Shown here: positions 52,201 through 64,000 of the stretch, piece after piece
Position numbering within the stretch: position 1 is the stretch's first letter
How the letters are laid out: each line of letters starts with the position of its first letter
Assembly (NCBI RefSeq): GCF_022539665.2
Contig: NC_081333.1
Span: 2,852,001-2,916,000 of the forward strand
Origin: Daphnia carinata
Taxonomy: Eukaryota
Reading direction: 5' to 3'
DNA: 64,000 nt
Made by a program: the position numbers and the translations under genes
The notes under the pieces: generated by a model
Databases searched by the model: none
What the model saw: only the letters and a program-made list of their open reading frames with translations
Told to the model about the DNA's origin: nothing

Positions 52201-54730
52201 CCATCGATCAATAAAAGGGAACAGAAGTACCAGTAGAAGTGTCACGTTCGGGAGTGCCAGCGTGTCAACACCTGATTGAACATCCTCGCGTTATAGCTGC
52301 GCAATTCCCGTTTTTCCTCGTGTTCCTTTGGCACGTGTTAAAGCCAAGATTTAAAGAGATATTCAAGAGCACACAAGGATGTGAAACAGTAGAACGTGTG
52401 AACGAAATACGTCGGTAAACTTACAAATGCGCACGACACGACATTTTGTGGCCCGTCCAATATTTGAGGAAGCTTCCGATGGTTGGGTCGTGAATTGAAT
52501 AGAGTTATAGATATTAAATAGTATTGGTGAGGAGAAAAATATAAATCCTTAGAAATGTAAATTATGTAGTGCGTTAAATGGCGTGTTCCTGATTACCATG
52601 GTAACCATGCCTTCACGTGATTCTGAATCTCGTGTCGTGACTGTCCGTTGTCGAGTTTTGCGCTTTTTCAACGTCTACCTGAACTTCAGTTTATTTTTAT
52701 TAGTTAGTGGCGTAGTTAGGCACAATGCAGCAATCTTGGGGCAATAAAGCGGAAAACAGGCTACAACAGCCGGATGTCCTGAAAGGAACGGAAAAAGAAG
52801 CATCACGTGCAAGTGCGCCCAATCCCGGGCAATGATCCTGGCAACAGGTAAGTGAAGAAAATTGCTTATTTTTTTGTTTTGTTTTATACCTTCCCTTGAC
52901 TGTGCCTCATGTTTATTTTTAGCTTTTAAAGTTCCAAATGTTGAAGTACTCTAACTTGTAAAATACAAGTGGGCGACAACAGCTGGAATTGATTAAACGA
53001 TCATGTTCTGCACGTGTACCATTTGACTGTCGAATAGAGGTCGATGACAACTTAACTTTTAAGGTAATTTGCATCGTATCACGAAATAATTTTGTTGTTT
53101 CATTTTTGGTTGGAAAAATAGAAGTTCAGTTAAAACTTAGGGTTGTAGACCAACTTTATTTAGTATAGATCGTACGGCTTCCACTGCACGCTGAATGTGT
53201 CGCGATCCGTGGGCGGATGGGAGATCGGATTCGGATGGATTTGGCACGAGACAGGGACGAGAAAGACTTTCACGTGTCAAATAGCTAACGTCCCTTATCG
53301 ATCGATGTTTTCTGCACGTAGTTCATGATCTGGACGCGTTCAATATGCAATAAAAAAAAAGAAACAGAAATAGCCTAAGTCCGGCCTTCTTTTCTATGCC
53401 ATGCACATCGTAAAAACGTTCCAGATGCTCGACGCTCTTCCATCCGGAAAGCTTTTAACGATTTTCACGTGATCAAACGAGTTGTGTTATTGATTTAACG
53501 ATGGCAAATCGGATGAAAAAAAATCTAAAACGAATATTCTGAAAAAGGGATGGTATGGAAAAGAAAGTTCCGTCATCCAGCTGTTGAACAGACTCTAATG
53601 GATTTCCATTGTATCGTGAGTGTCAGTCAATTACAGTTCTACTCACTCACACCTGATTTGTCCAGCCTTCCATATCAGTGTATTTGTTAGGTATTTTTTA
53701 TGTGTGTAGTGATTTACGGCTAAACCATAGTAGAGATACATTTTCTTCGCTGGACGTTTAACTTAGCATTTACGATCAAATTACATGAGACTGAGTTGGA
53801 GGACTCTTACAGGTGTGCCACAGGCATTGTACATAAAATAATTACACGTGCCGGTAGAAATCCTAAGATGAAGCTATTTACGAAAATAATGATCTTTATA
53901 TATTTTTAATATTGCTGTTTCGGCAGTTCTGGGAAGCAGCACATTTCTGTACGTGGGAGAACAGGGAAGGGGGGATCAAAAAATCTAAGATGGCCGCCCA
54001 TCCTTTGTTTCTATTTATTTCTTTTTTACCTCCCAGAGGGTTTGAACGCTAAAAAAACAAAAAAAAGATAAAATTGTTGACCCACACCACGATTTTGAAG
54101 AACATTAAGACTTACACGTTTTCTTTTGCAGCCCTATCCTTTCCCTTTTTAAACAAAAGAAAAACGAGGGGCAGGGTACGAATCAGGAAAGATCTCGAGT
54201 CCAAAATGTTCGAGAAATTGGTCATTTCTGTTGCCACGTGAGCTGTGGTACAATTGATTGCAGACAGTGCATGGCTTTGAGATGGGACATCACATTTCTT
54301 GGATTCGGGCTATTTGTTGAGTAACATAATTAACAATTTTCAAGTAAACCGTGTGCTTCATTTACTACAAAGTAATGGTGTCATCATAGCCACTTCAGTT
54401 TGCTAGAAAGAGAACACTTTGCTGCTATTACTCAGACAACTGGATCGAGCCTGGTGATCGACATTCGCTGAGAAATTTGCTTGGCGTAAGTACATGAATT
54501 AATGTATTAATCAGAAAGGGCTGCAAAGTATGTTATTTAATATCAAAGAACAAGACATGGGACACGATTATAGGTTTCGTCGACACGAATACCTTTCGTC
54601 GTCATTAAAGTTATTTGGTAACGGTCAATCCAAAGGTGCAAGTAATTTGAACTATTTCTGTTGACAGACATGCGTACGTAGCAATCCTTAGTGCTTTTTT
54701 CTAGATTTACCCTTGTACTTGTTTACCAAA

Positions 54731-55759
54731 TCAATTTTCAATGTTTTCTGCTTCTTGATATACTTCAGTTAAACGAGGCTTTAGCTTTAATTTGACTGCG
54801 TCAAGACCTAAACGTTTAAGTGGGTCAGCAGCAATCATTCCCTCAACGATGTGTTGGAAAAGTGGATCTGTGATCCCTACGAATAAAAATAAATCCGTAT
54901 ATAGCTTTAAAACAAAATCGAATGTATTATCTTACCCTTAACGTTGTACTTTCCTTCCATAACGTTCACCGGAATATGAAAAAATCCCCTAAAATCCTCG
55001 AACGGATGTTTTCCTTTATTCAAATAGCTGAAAAAGACACAACCCAGAGCAAAGATGTCGGACGATCTGTTGCTCTTTTGATGAGGTTTTATACCGTCAT
55101 TCTCTTGCTCTAATTCTAACATGAGAAGCTCAGGTGATAGGTAGAGTCGTGTACCTTTGACGCCACTTTTCATTGAGTAGCTGCCACTGGCCGTCGTTGG
55201 CTTCGAAAAGCCAAAGTCAGAAATCTTGAGCCACGTTTCTCCTTCAGTAGGCGATTTGTATATCAAAATGTTGTCGTCTTTAATGTCTCGATGCACCAGG
55301 CCCTTTGAGTGAATGTAAGCCAATCCAGCGGCCATTTGATACAGGGAATCAGCTTCAGGTGGTGGCATAGGACCAGTGTAATTTCTTCTGATGTAATCTC
55401 CAATCGTGCCTTCGCACAGCTCGAGATAAAAATACCTTATCCATGATAATATTATTCTGTTTTCTGTAGTTTATTAAATGAAGTTCAAATTACTTGAAAT
55501 GCTTATCGATTTCGACGTGAAGAAGTGTGAGAACGTTGGAATGGTCCAAATTTTTCATGTTGTCTTCCTCCCTTTGTCGTTGTGCGTTGGTTGGATCGGC
55601 AGCTGAACTGTTTGAATCGGAGAATTCTATCTTGTCAATCCGCTTGATGGCCACTTTCTTTCCATTCCATGTTCCTTCGTAAACAATACCGTAAGCTCCT
55701 TTACCCAAAAATTTCGCATCTTGTGGAACGGACGTTTCGGACTCGCTTGCCACGGACAT
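54731..55759 (-). CDS. Stand-alone IRE1-like Ser/Thr protein kinase, copy 1
   Basis: Exons 55759-55494, 55435-54936, 54876-54731. LGKGAYG, VAIKRI, LELC, HRDIKDDN, KISDFG, SDIFALGCVF...GKHPF. No TM segment or KEN RNase domain. Confidence 0.88.
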
Positions 55760-56364
55760 TGTTGTAGTATGAAATAAAATGCACCGTTTGCTTAACAATG
55801 GCTGAACTATCTTGGATTGAGTTGAGCTATTGATAGTTCTAACACCTGATAGAATTCGAGTTTACCCTACATGTTGTTCCACGATTTCATGCAGCCAGTA
55901 GCGTCTTATCTTACCATGTAAAAATATGGAATGATCTCATTGTTGGGTAATTTGATTAGATGCAATGGATTTGTATACCAACTGCGATAAAAGATTGTGC
56001 AACAGAAAATTGTAATAGAGAACGTTTAATTGGTGTGCGATATCACATTCACCTAGTGACGTGAAAGCTTCTTTATCTATTTGTCTCCAAGCACAAATGA
56101 ATTAACTTAACTGCTTGGTATTTTGATTTCCAATATTTAAGCGAGTATTTCCCGAGCAAGATTTTAACACAACTTTGATTTGACTGTACTTTGTTGAAAG
56201 CAAGAACGCCTTATAGCCCACACACACGTAATCATATAAACTGCAATATAAACAACATTTAAATGTACTGTCATTTCGTGTATTGCGATGCGGATGTCCT
56301 GTTGGCTTCCAGTCTTCTAGCTCTTCTAGCAATCCGCATTTTAAAAATGTGTTTATCATTGAAT

Positions 56365-57392
56365 TTATGCTGTTCTTTTAACGTCATATAGAGTGTTTAG
56401 AACTCGGTCTAATTTCCAACGATTATCCGGAACTTTTTCAGTCATCCCGTCAATAAAGACGTATGCATAATGATTCTCAGGTAAACCTAAAAAGAAAAAT
56501 TTCATTCAACTGCACTGTTTTTATTTGTTATTTTTTCACAATTCTTTCAGGTTTGATTACCTTTCTCGCCATTGAGGATCTTTTCGCCTTTATGAATATT
56601 AGCAGGAGTGAGATCTTCATTGGGAATCCCACCATCGGCAAACGGATGACCGCCTTTTGTAAGGTAATTGAAATAGAGACATCCCAGTGAAAAAACATCG
56701 ATCGAGACGTTAACGCGGATTTGCTCTTTTTGTTCTTTGGTTTTCTCTTCGAACGAAAGGAATTCAGGGGAGTAATAGGCTCGTGTACCTTTGGGCCCGC
56801 TGGACATAGAAAAAGTTCCGGAAGTTGCTGTAACTGCCCGGCTGAATCCAAAATCCGAAATTTTCAGAACTAACGAACTAGAAATCAATACGTTGGCTGG
56901 TTTGATATCTCGATGGACAAAATGCTTGGAATGAATGTATTTCAATCCGCTAGCCATTTGTATCATTCCGTCGATCTCGGAAGGCATTCCGCCATTATAG
57001 GTTCCATTGACGTAATCGTGCAGTGTACCGACGCACAATTCCAAAATCAGATACCTTAAACGAACAGGAACAAATAAGTCAAAACTGCGTTAAATGATTT
57101 TAATGAGCAATCGGTACTTGAAATCGACGTCATCGTGAACGTCGAAGAGTTGAAGAACGTTAGGATGATCCAGCTTTTTCATGGTTTCCTCTTCCTTTTT
57201 CCGATCAGCTTCGTTCAAATTGCTACCCCCAGTTTTCATAATTCTCTTAACAGCAACTTTTTTTCCATTATAAGTGCCTGCGAAAACTTGAGCAGAAGCG
57301 CCAGCTCCCAAAACTTCATTCCTGTTATAATCGACTTTCATAGGAAAGAACCAATTACGTATTAACTCCATCCACGAGCCGTTTGCAAGCAT
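56365..57392 (-). CDS. Stand-alone IRE1-like Ser/Thr protein kinase, copy 2
   Basis: Exons 57392-57118, 57054-56561, 56486-56365, with the same intron positions as copy 1. LGAGASA, VAVKRI, HRDIKPAN, KISDFG, DVFSLGCLY...GGHPF. Confidence 0.88.
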
Positions 57393-59209
57393 AATAACTA
57401 TTCAGAACCAATATTTTTACACAGAATGTCGTTTCTTTTTAGCTATACACTTTGGTAAAAGAATTCACATTACAACCGTTACGCACAACCAAGCAAGGCA
57501 CGGTAAAACAGATATCGTAAGATCCCTTACGAATTTCCACGGCTGTTCTGTTCAAAGCTTAGCACAATCTTATCTCTTCATTTAGCAACCGTTAGAGACC
57601 AATCTGAAATCCTCCAACTATTTGCCTATCTTATCTTTTTTTTTTTTTTTCAAATGACAATCATTGATAACTTTATATGCTTGAAAAACGCTAACATGTT
57701 ATATTCAATTGTGAACTTTTTTTGTTGTTTTTTTTTTTTACATCCCACTCATCCCCAAAAATGCTCACGCGTTTTATACATTCAACTATGCCCTTGCCTA
57801 TTTTCTGCAACTGTATAATTTTAGAGTCGTGGAACAGAGAATGCGAAATCTTTCTTAAACTACAATTTAAATTAACAACTTTTATTCTGTTTCTCACGAA
57901 CTAAGTTACATAGATCCCATGACATTCACTGGAATATGTTCAACTGAAGCTGACGAAAATGAAACTTAATTGACGTTCCTTGGAAGACGATTCCACGTTC
58001 AAATGTCCGTGCAGAAACAGACACCTAGATGGAACTCTTGGGTTCACTTGGAAGCGCTGCAGGAATTCCCAAATTGAAGTAAATCGATACCCTAAGAAGG
58101 GGGAGGCAACTCTGCGCCCTGTTGTGTAAACATGAAGGTAAACAACTCGATTTTTGTTTGTACAGTTCTAAAACTAAGGAAGTATAAAGTGATGCCGTCT
58201 ATTGTGTTCGATCGCAGCATACGCTTTCATGGGGGTTTCCTATCACGTCTACCAGTTGCGTCACCCGACCTTTAACAAATACTATTGCTGCTATAAGTTA
58301 ACAACCAGCGACTAAACACGGTCACTTTGTTGTCACAATGCCAGCAGCAATCTAAATCAAAATTACACAGTAAGTACGTTTTTTTGCCTCTCATCCTAAC
58401 ATACCAATGTACTCCTCCGGCTCGCTGGATGTTTGGTATGGTAATGTGGTGCTATTAGTTAATTATTTTATTTAACTGTAGAATTTTTTCTATTTTTATC
58501 CGTCGACTGTAAACAAGGGGTTCTTCCAGTTCCGGTTGCTTCCGGTATTTGTTTGAAGGTGAAACCTAATATTGTAAACTTTACAGTTCATTTTCATTTT
58601 ACTTCCTATATTTTAGGTTTGGCAATTCCCATTTGCTTAAACCTGTTTCATCTGTCCGAATATATCCTTTACGGTTATTTAAAAACTTGCCTTTTTAAAC
58701 ACGTCGTTAAACTCAAGGATAATTTGTCTTTCACTTCCCAATAAGGATTGAATTGATGCGGATACCATGTTAATTCAGTACGCCCTTCAGCACTTTTCGA
58801 CGACCTAATTTACTTTACGTACTACAATTTCTACAGCAGCCTTGTCATTGGAAGAAAACGCATACCAACTTATCTCTTTAAAAAGTTAGGTTGATTTGTT
58901 GCCATCGTGAAACGAACTTGAGGAAAGTTTAAGAGGTATATATTGATTTTTAACAAATATTACGATACATAAGGTGAAATAGCTCAAAATTCATACAGTA
59001 TACGTATAATAGTAAATTTTTGGGGAGGGTGATTACATGGAAGCGAAAAGTTTGAGCTTAATTCAATTTAAAGCGATTAACCTTTTTTTTTCTCAGATGT
59101 TCATGGAGGTATAAAAAGAGTATTCCGTCAGGAATCGAGGCAATTTTTCATCATTGGTAAATGTTCACGCTCTATATCAACACTTTTAACTTTCGTTCGG
59201 GACTGGTGT

Positions 59210-62200
59210 TTACATTTTGCTGAAAGTTTGCATACGAGACCAAGAATCCAGCAATTTTGTAACAGTTTGAAAGCGCCGTTTCTTCCATTCCAGATTTATA
59301 CGGGTTCTCTCAAGTGCTTGCTGGACAGCCCGCGTTGAAGTACCTAAATCGCCTTTGCCTCCTTCGCTTAACGTCACCAACTGCAACAAAACACATTGTT
59401 TGGGTAATTACCTTAATTTAATACAATATAATCAATCACACTTACGTTCTCCAGATGCGTCTCGGTGTCCAGTGTTTGCGATATCGTGTCTACTAGACGT
59501 CCGAGAACGGCCAGACTAGGAAACCTGTTGAATTACAACCCACGGAATGAAAGACCTCAAATGTGAAAAAGAATATTGGTAACTTACTCTTTAACCATTT
59601 TATCCCAATGAAATAGCACAAAATCAAAAACCATTGAAGATCCGATTGGATTTGCAGATACGGAGGCAAAAACAGTTGGTGAGTCTTGGCGACGGATACC
59701 CGAATTGGCATCCAAGGCCCATTCAAGTAACCTGATAACAAAACAAATGACCACTCCATTAAGGTAAGTTCAAAACATGTCACAAGAATTTTTTTAAGAA
59801 AGTATGTGTACGTGTTTAACGCTTCCGGGCTGCTGGAACAGCTTAACGCGTAAAGCAGCATTTCTTTTTCGCTGGACAAATCTGTCGATAGATAGCGCTC
59901 CAAGGCGAAATCCCATTCTTCGTCACCGCTGTTGGCGATTGCAGCGCAGGCAACGACTCGTTTATAATTCGGCTTGACCCAGCTGAGTACAAGAGATCGA
60001 CGGTTATAAAAGGATAAAACATCCTACAAGATAAGCTGAATCGTATAACTTGTTATTGTCAGGTTGCGCCATCCAAGACTTGTAAAGAGCTGTGGCGTTA
60101 TTGACACATTCGGCAACACCCAATCGGCAAGCCCATGAAATCAATTGATTGCGATTCGATATCAGCAAATGGGAATCGCCTTTTCTTTCGTCGAAACCGA
60201 TTTGCTCGTACGCAGGAAGTAGTAGCCATTTGACGTATTCCTTTTTTTTGAAAACGAGGTTACGAGCTAGTTAAATGCGAAAATTATAGATCGAAAAAGG
60301 TCATACTCGTAATTTGTCCTTGCTGGGCGTTTGGTACAGCATTCTATCTAAGTAGTCGAAGCTTCTAAAAGCTGATGCCCATGGCGCATAATCTCTTTCT
60401 GATCGTAGATAGCGGCTCAATTCGAAAGCCACGTAATACGGAAGCGAACCCGCACGTGCGACATTCAAACTATCGTCGAGCAACTGCGAACGACTAAACG
60501 TAGAAATGGCACGGTGGTCTTTAAGTAATTGCTCGGTTATTAGTTTCCAGTTAATTTCATCGTAGTTGACACGATAATAACCTATATGGTAATTAGTAAT
60601 TAATTCGTGAGGTCTGTTGATTATTAAAGAAAGATGCTAACCGATTTGATCGATATTGAAAATGATCCAATCAGTGGGAGCAGAGGGCAGTTCAAGTTCA
60701 ATTCCATCTTCCGTGCCCAGTATCCAGGCCTGGTAAGTTGTATTGAAATCGGGGGTGTATGTCAGGGGGATCCACCATAGAGGGAACTCTGATGAATTTC
60801 GAGACGAAAGTAAATAGAATCTTTCCTGTTTAAATGAAGAAAAAAGAAAATTTTTAAATTGTTTGTTTTAAGGTTTTGAATTTTGCTAATCACCTGCGTC
60901 ACGATAGCCGTTTGCAAGTCGTAGTTTCTCCTAACCGTAACGATTGGATAACCGGTTTGAAGAGACCAGCTGGTCATTATCGTTTTAATATCTGCTGGAA
61001 GTTCAAGTGCATCGATGGACTGGTTGCTCATCGCCTTCCACAAGTCATCATCCACAGCGCTCTGATATTTCCTTTCATTTTCAACCGCAATTAAAGGTAA
61101 ATAAATATTAAAATAATTAAACATCTTCATATGTGTGTGTACTTATTATTCAGGTAGGAAGTGAGACCTTGTTGGAATTTCTTGTGACCCAGAAAACCAG
61201 CAAACATTCGAATGACAGCAGGACCTGGTACAGAACGGTACATTCAGATTTAACCAAAAGTATTTATTTATTTATTTTTTTTTAACTGTCACTTGTTTTT
61301 ACCTTTAGCATAGGGAATTGAATCAAAGAGTCCGTTGATTTCGTTTCTCTTTTTCACTGGCATTGACATGGCATGCGACGACAAGAGAGAGTCTACTGCA
61401 AAAACCTTTTGCGTTTCCTGGACGGTGAACTGTTGACCCATTTGCAAACTTGGTTCCACCTGAAAATGAACATTTTTATGTCAGCTCAGGTGAAATCTTC
61501 AACTGAGACATCACCTACCACGTCTAGTCCGACGTACATCAAATAGTTGGCAAAACCTTCTTTCAGCCAAAGATCGCTCCAAAATTCCATGGTAACGAGA
61601 TTGCCAAACCATTGGTGGACTATTTCGTGAGTTAGAACGGAAGATAATTTTTGTTTGTCGGCAGCGGAAGACCTTAACGGGTCGTGTAACAAAGCTGTTT
61701 CTCTATTTAAAAAAAAAATAATCTAATTATTATCAACTCTGAATATTTATTCAGAGTTGAAAAAAATCATTCTCATGTTTTCTTATTCAGGTAATTGTTT
61801 CTAGCTACGGAGTAGGAAAATTGCGTCAAGAAATTAATGCCTTTGCTGATTTGCATAGCGAGACGGGCATAAATAGAAATGAAAAATGCCTGGAACACGG
61901 ATCACAAAAGTGTGCCACGCTAAAATAGACACTCAAGGCTGACCACAAGAAAACTGGTTAAATATAAGACACTGACCTGTAGGTGATAAGACCCCAGTTC
62001 TCCATGGCACTAACAGCAAAATCAGGTATGGCGAACATATCAATTTTGGGTAACGGGAAACTTATGTTGAAGTAATTTTCGAAGTATCTCAATACTCTAG
62101 GGCCTAAGATTCGAGCGTATCTGCAACAGAGATTAAATACTTGAGGCTCAATAATCTCTTAATTAATCCCCAATAATCTATACTCGGTTTGTTTCCCAGC

Positions 62201-63162
62201 TGAAGGCCTAGTCCAAGTGCGAAACTTGGTGCGATCTTGGAGGTCGATTTCAGGCGAGTCAAGACCTTCAAATTCCGAAACGATGAAGGCCAAAATATAG
62301 GTGGACATGGGCAAAGTTGTTTCATACTCGTCCCACACATAATCCGGTAAATCCTCACTAAAATGTGGTATTTAAAAAAAAAAATTCATTTTCAGGTAAT
62401 TTTTCTATTTGTACTTTTGGTATGTTCGCTTCAAAGGCATGTTGGAGTGAGCTATCCGAAATTTTTGACGGCCAAGTGTTATTTGAAAAACAGCTTTCAT
62501 TCCCGGTTCGTCGAAACAAGGGAATGCTCTCCTAGCATCTGTCGGAGAAAATTGCGTGGTAGCAATATACCTGGTAATTGTAATGAAATTAATCATTTGT
62601 TATGGGATGACAGACGACTATAATTACTTATTGATCCCATTTTCAGTGTAGGACGCTCTGTAGAATCCGTTTAATTTGTCGTTCAATTGACTAACGAACC
62701 GAATCGAAAGTTTGTAATATTTCCCCACTTGGAGCGTTTCGTTTTTGGTTCCAATAACCAACAGTTGCCGAGTCTTGTCTTCGATGTAAGACTGGATAGG
62801 AACTCGTCTGGATTCGACCAGATCGTAAACCTGTTAAACGTTCGTAATCAACCGAAAATGTTTTTTATTGCAAAGCGAAATCACGAAATTACCTGAAGAC
62901 CTTCGTCCTTGGCGATTCGAATTTCGGCCATGTGAAGCACAATCATCGTCGTTGGTTCCATGCATTCTAAAAGGATGTCTACTTGTCCATCGATAGTGAA
63001 ATTACCTTCTTCGATAAATGGCAATAGCCGCAGTTTGTAATGTCGTGGTAGTACCCAACGAGGTAATCGCCAATCCGTGTACTTGGGTATCGATCGTGGC
63101 TGTTTCGCTGTTCCTTGGATCACCATGAGGGTGAATATCAACATCACTAAACGAAACAACAT
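59210..63162 (-). CDS. M1 family zinc aminopeptidase N-like protein (multi-exon)
   Basis: N-terminal hydrophobic segment, [51 protein letters not shown]...WLKEGFA (HEXXH-x18-E) and ERAP1_C-like exons. Last exon is 59380-59210. Confidence 0.93.
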
Positions 63163-64000
63163 GATGAACTACCCACGGCTGTTTTTGAAAAAAAAAAGGG
63201 GGGAAATCAGTGGGAACAGGACTATTTCACGGCTGATTCCTTCAAAACACGAGGACGTTGTGGCGCGAGACTTTCTCTGTCGGGTGTGAATGACAGACCC
63301 CACAATTGTTTATACGTACCTGACGGCATACTCTCTCTTTCTCTGGTTTTCTCTCACCTCTTTGGGGTCTCCTCATACCTTAGCTGGTGCCGTCTGGCCT
63401 AAGGCCATTTCCCCACCCACTTTCCCGTGCGCGGAACGTCACATAAGGAAGTGAAAGTGGACACGTTGCATCACGCAATTAAAACGAGGCAAACCATAGA
63501 AATATAATGCAACTTGTTTACTCGCTTACATAATTTGGTACATGTGCACGTAGAATACATAACGTGTGCAATCAGATTTCGGAGAATATCAACTTTGGAA
63601 TAGGTAAGCCAAAAAATGCAATTTTGCACTTTGCAGTGAGACAACAAGTAAAATGTAGAAAATACATCATAAAAATGTAAAATGGAAGAAAGCTTATTGG
63701 AATGTTTTCTCTATTTAGATGATTCCAGTGTATTTGCGAGGTTGGCAAACTTCGTCCATGGCGCGGATAATGACCTCCTTTGGAATCGATGACTGGCACA
63801 TATTCACCAACACGAACAGGTGGCGATATGCATACTCATTCTCAAGGATAAATAAGATGGAATATGTAAATTTTGTGGCTCACACGAGTCGCTGTGGTCG
63901 TTAAAATCAAGCATTCAAGTTACCTTGGGCAGGTGGAAACAACGCTGAGAGAATGCATGGACAAGCTCTTCGTAGCAGGAAAAGTTGGTTAGCTTCAGTC

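Noticed and set aside
57900..59100. Possible gene remnant between kinase copy 2 and the aminopeptidase
   Set aside because: Only short ORFs and isolated splice-like sites; no recognisable similarity.

Overview
Eukaryotic, gene-dense genomic DNA with mostly 55-100 nt spliceosomal introns. Gene content and intron style suggest a branchiopod crustacean such as Daphnia (inference only). I spliced the exons by hand. Genes in order: Smurf HECT E3 ligase (-, runs off the left edge), CPSF4/Clipper (+), tamozhennic/SPATA2-like (-), CHMP2B (+), a large 5xCUB-LDLa-TM gene with LEV-10-type architecture (-), two tandem PUS7/TruD pseudouridine synthases (-), a third PUS7-derived gene (-), CCDC58/MIX23 (+), two FAM162 paralogs (-), a secreted PKPTAx-repeat peptide (+), a small RGS protein (-), two stand-alone IRE1-like kinases (-) and an M1 aminopeptidase N (-). 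The main result is the PUS7 cluster. The third copy keeps the PUS7 first-exon and last-exon sequences, but its catalytic core is replaced by intron-containing exons encoding a BET-family extra-terminal (ET) domain, and it splices into one open 298-aa frame. The two intact PUS7 copies carry C-terminal tails of repeated IKxE SUMO-consensus motifs, and one ends in a PIAS-like SUMO-interacting motif. Other candidates: GPI versus transmembrane terminal exons in the CUB gene, a hairpin-forming cassette exon in Smurf, GC-AG introns, and E-box/HRE clusters. No CRISPR array, rRNA, tRNA or recognisable transposon was seen.
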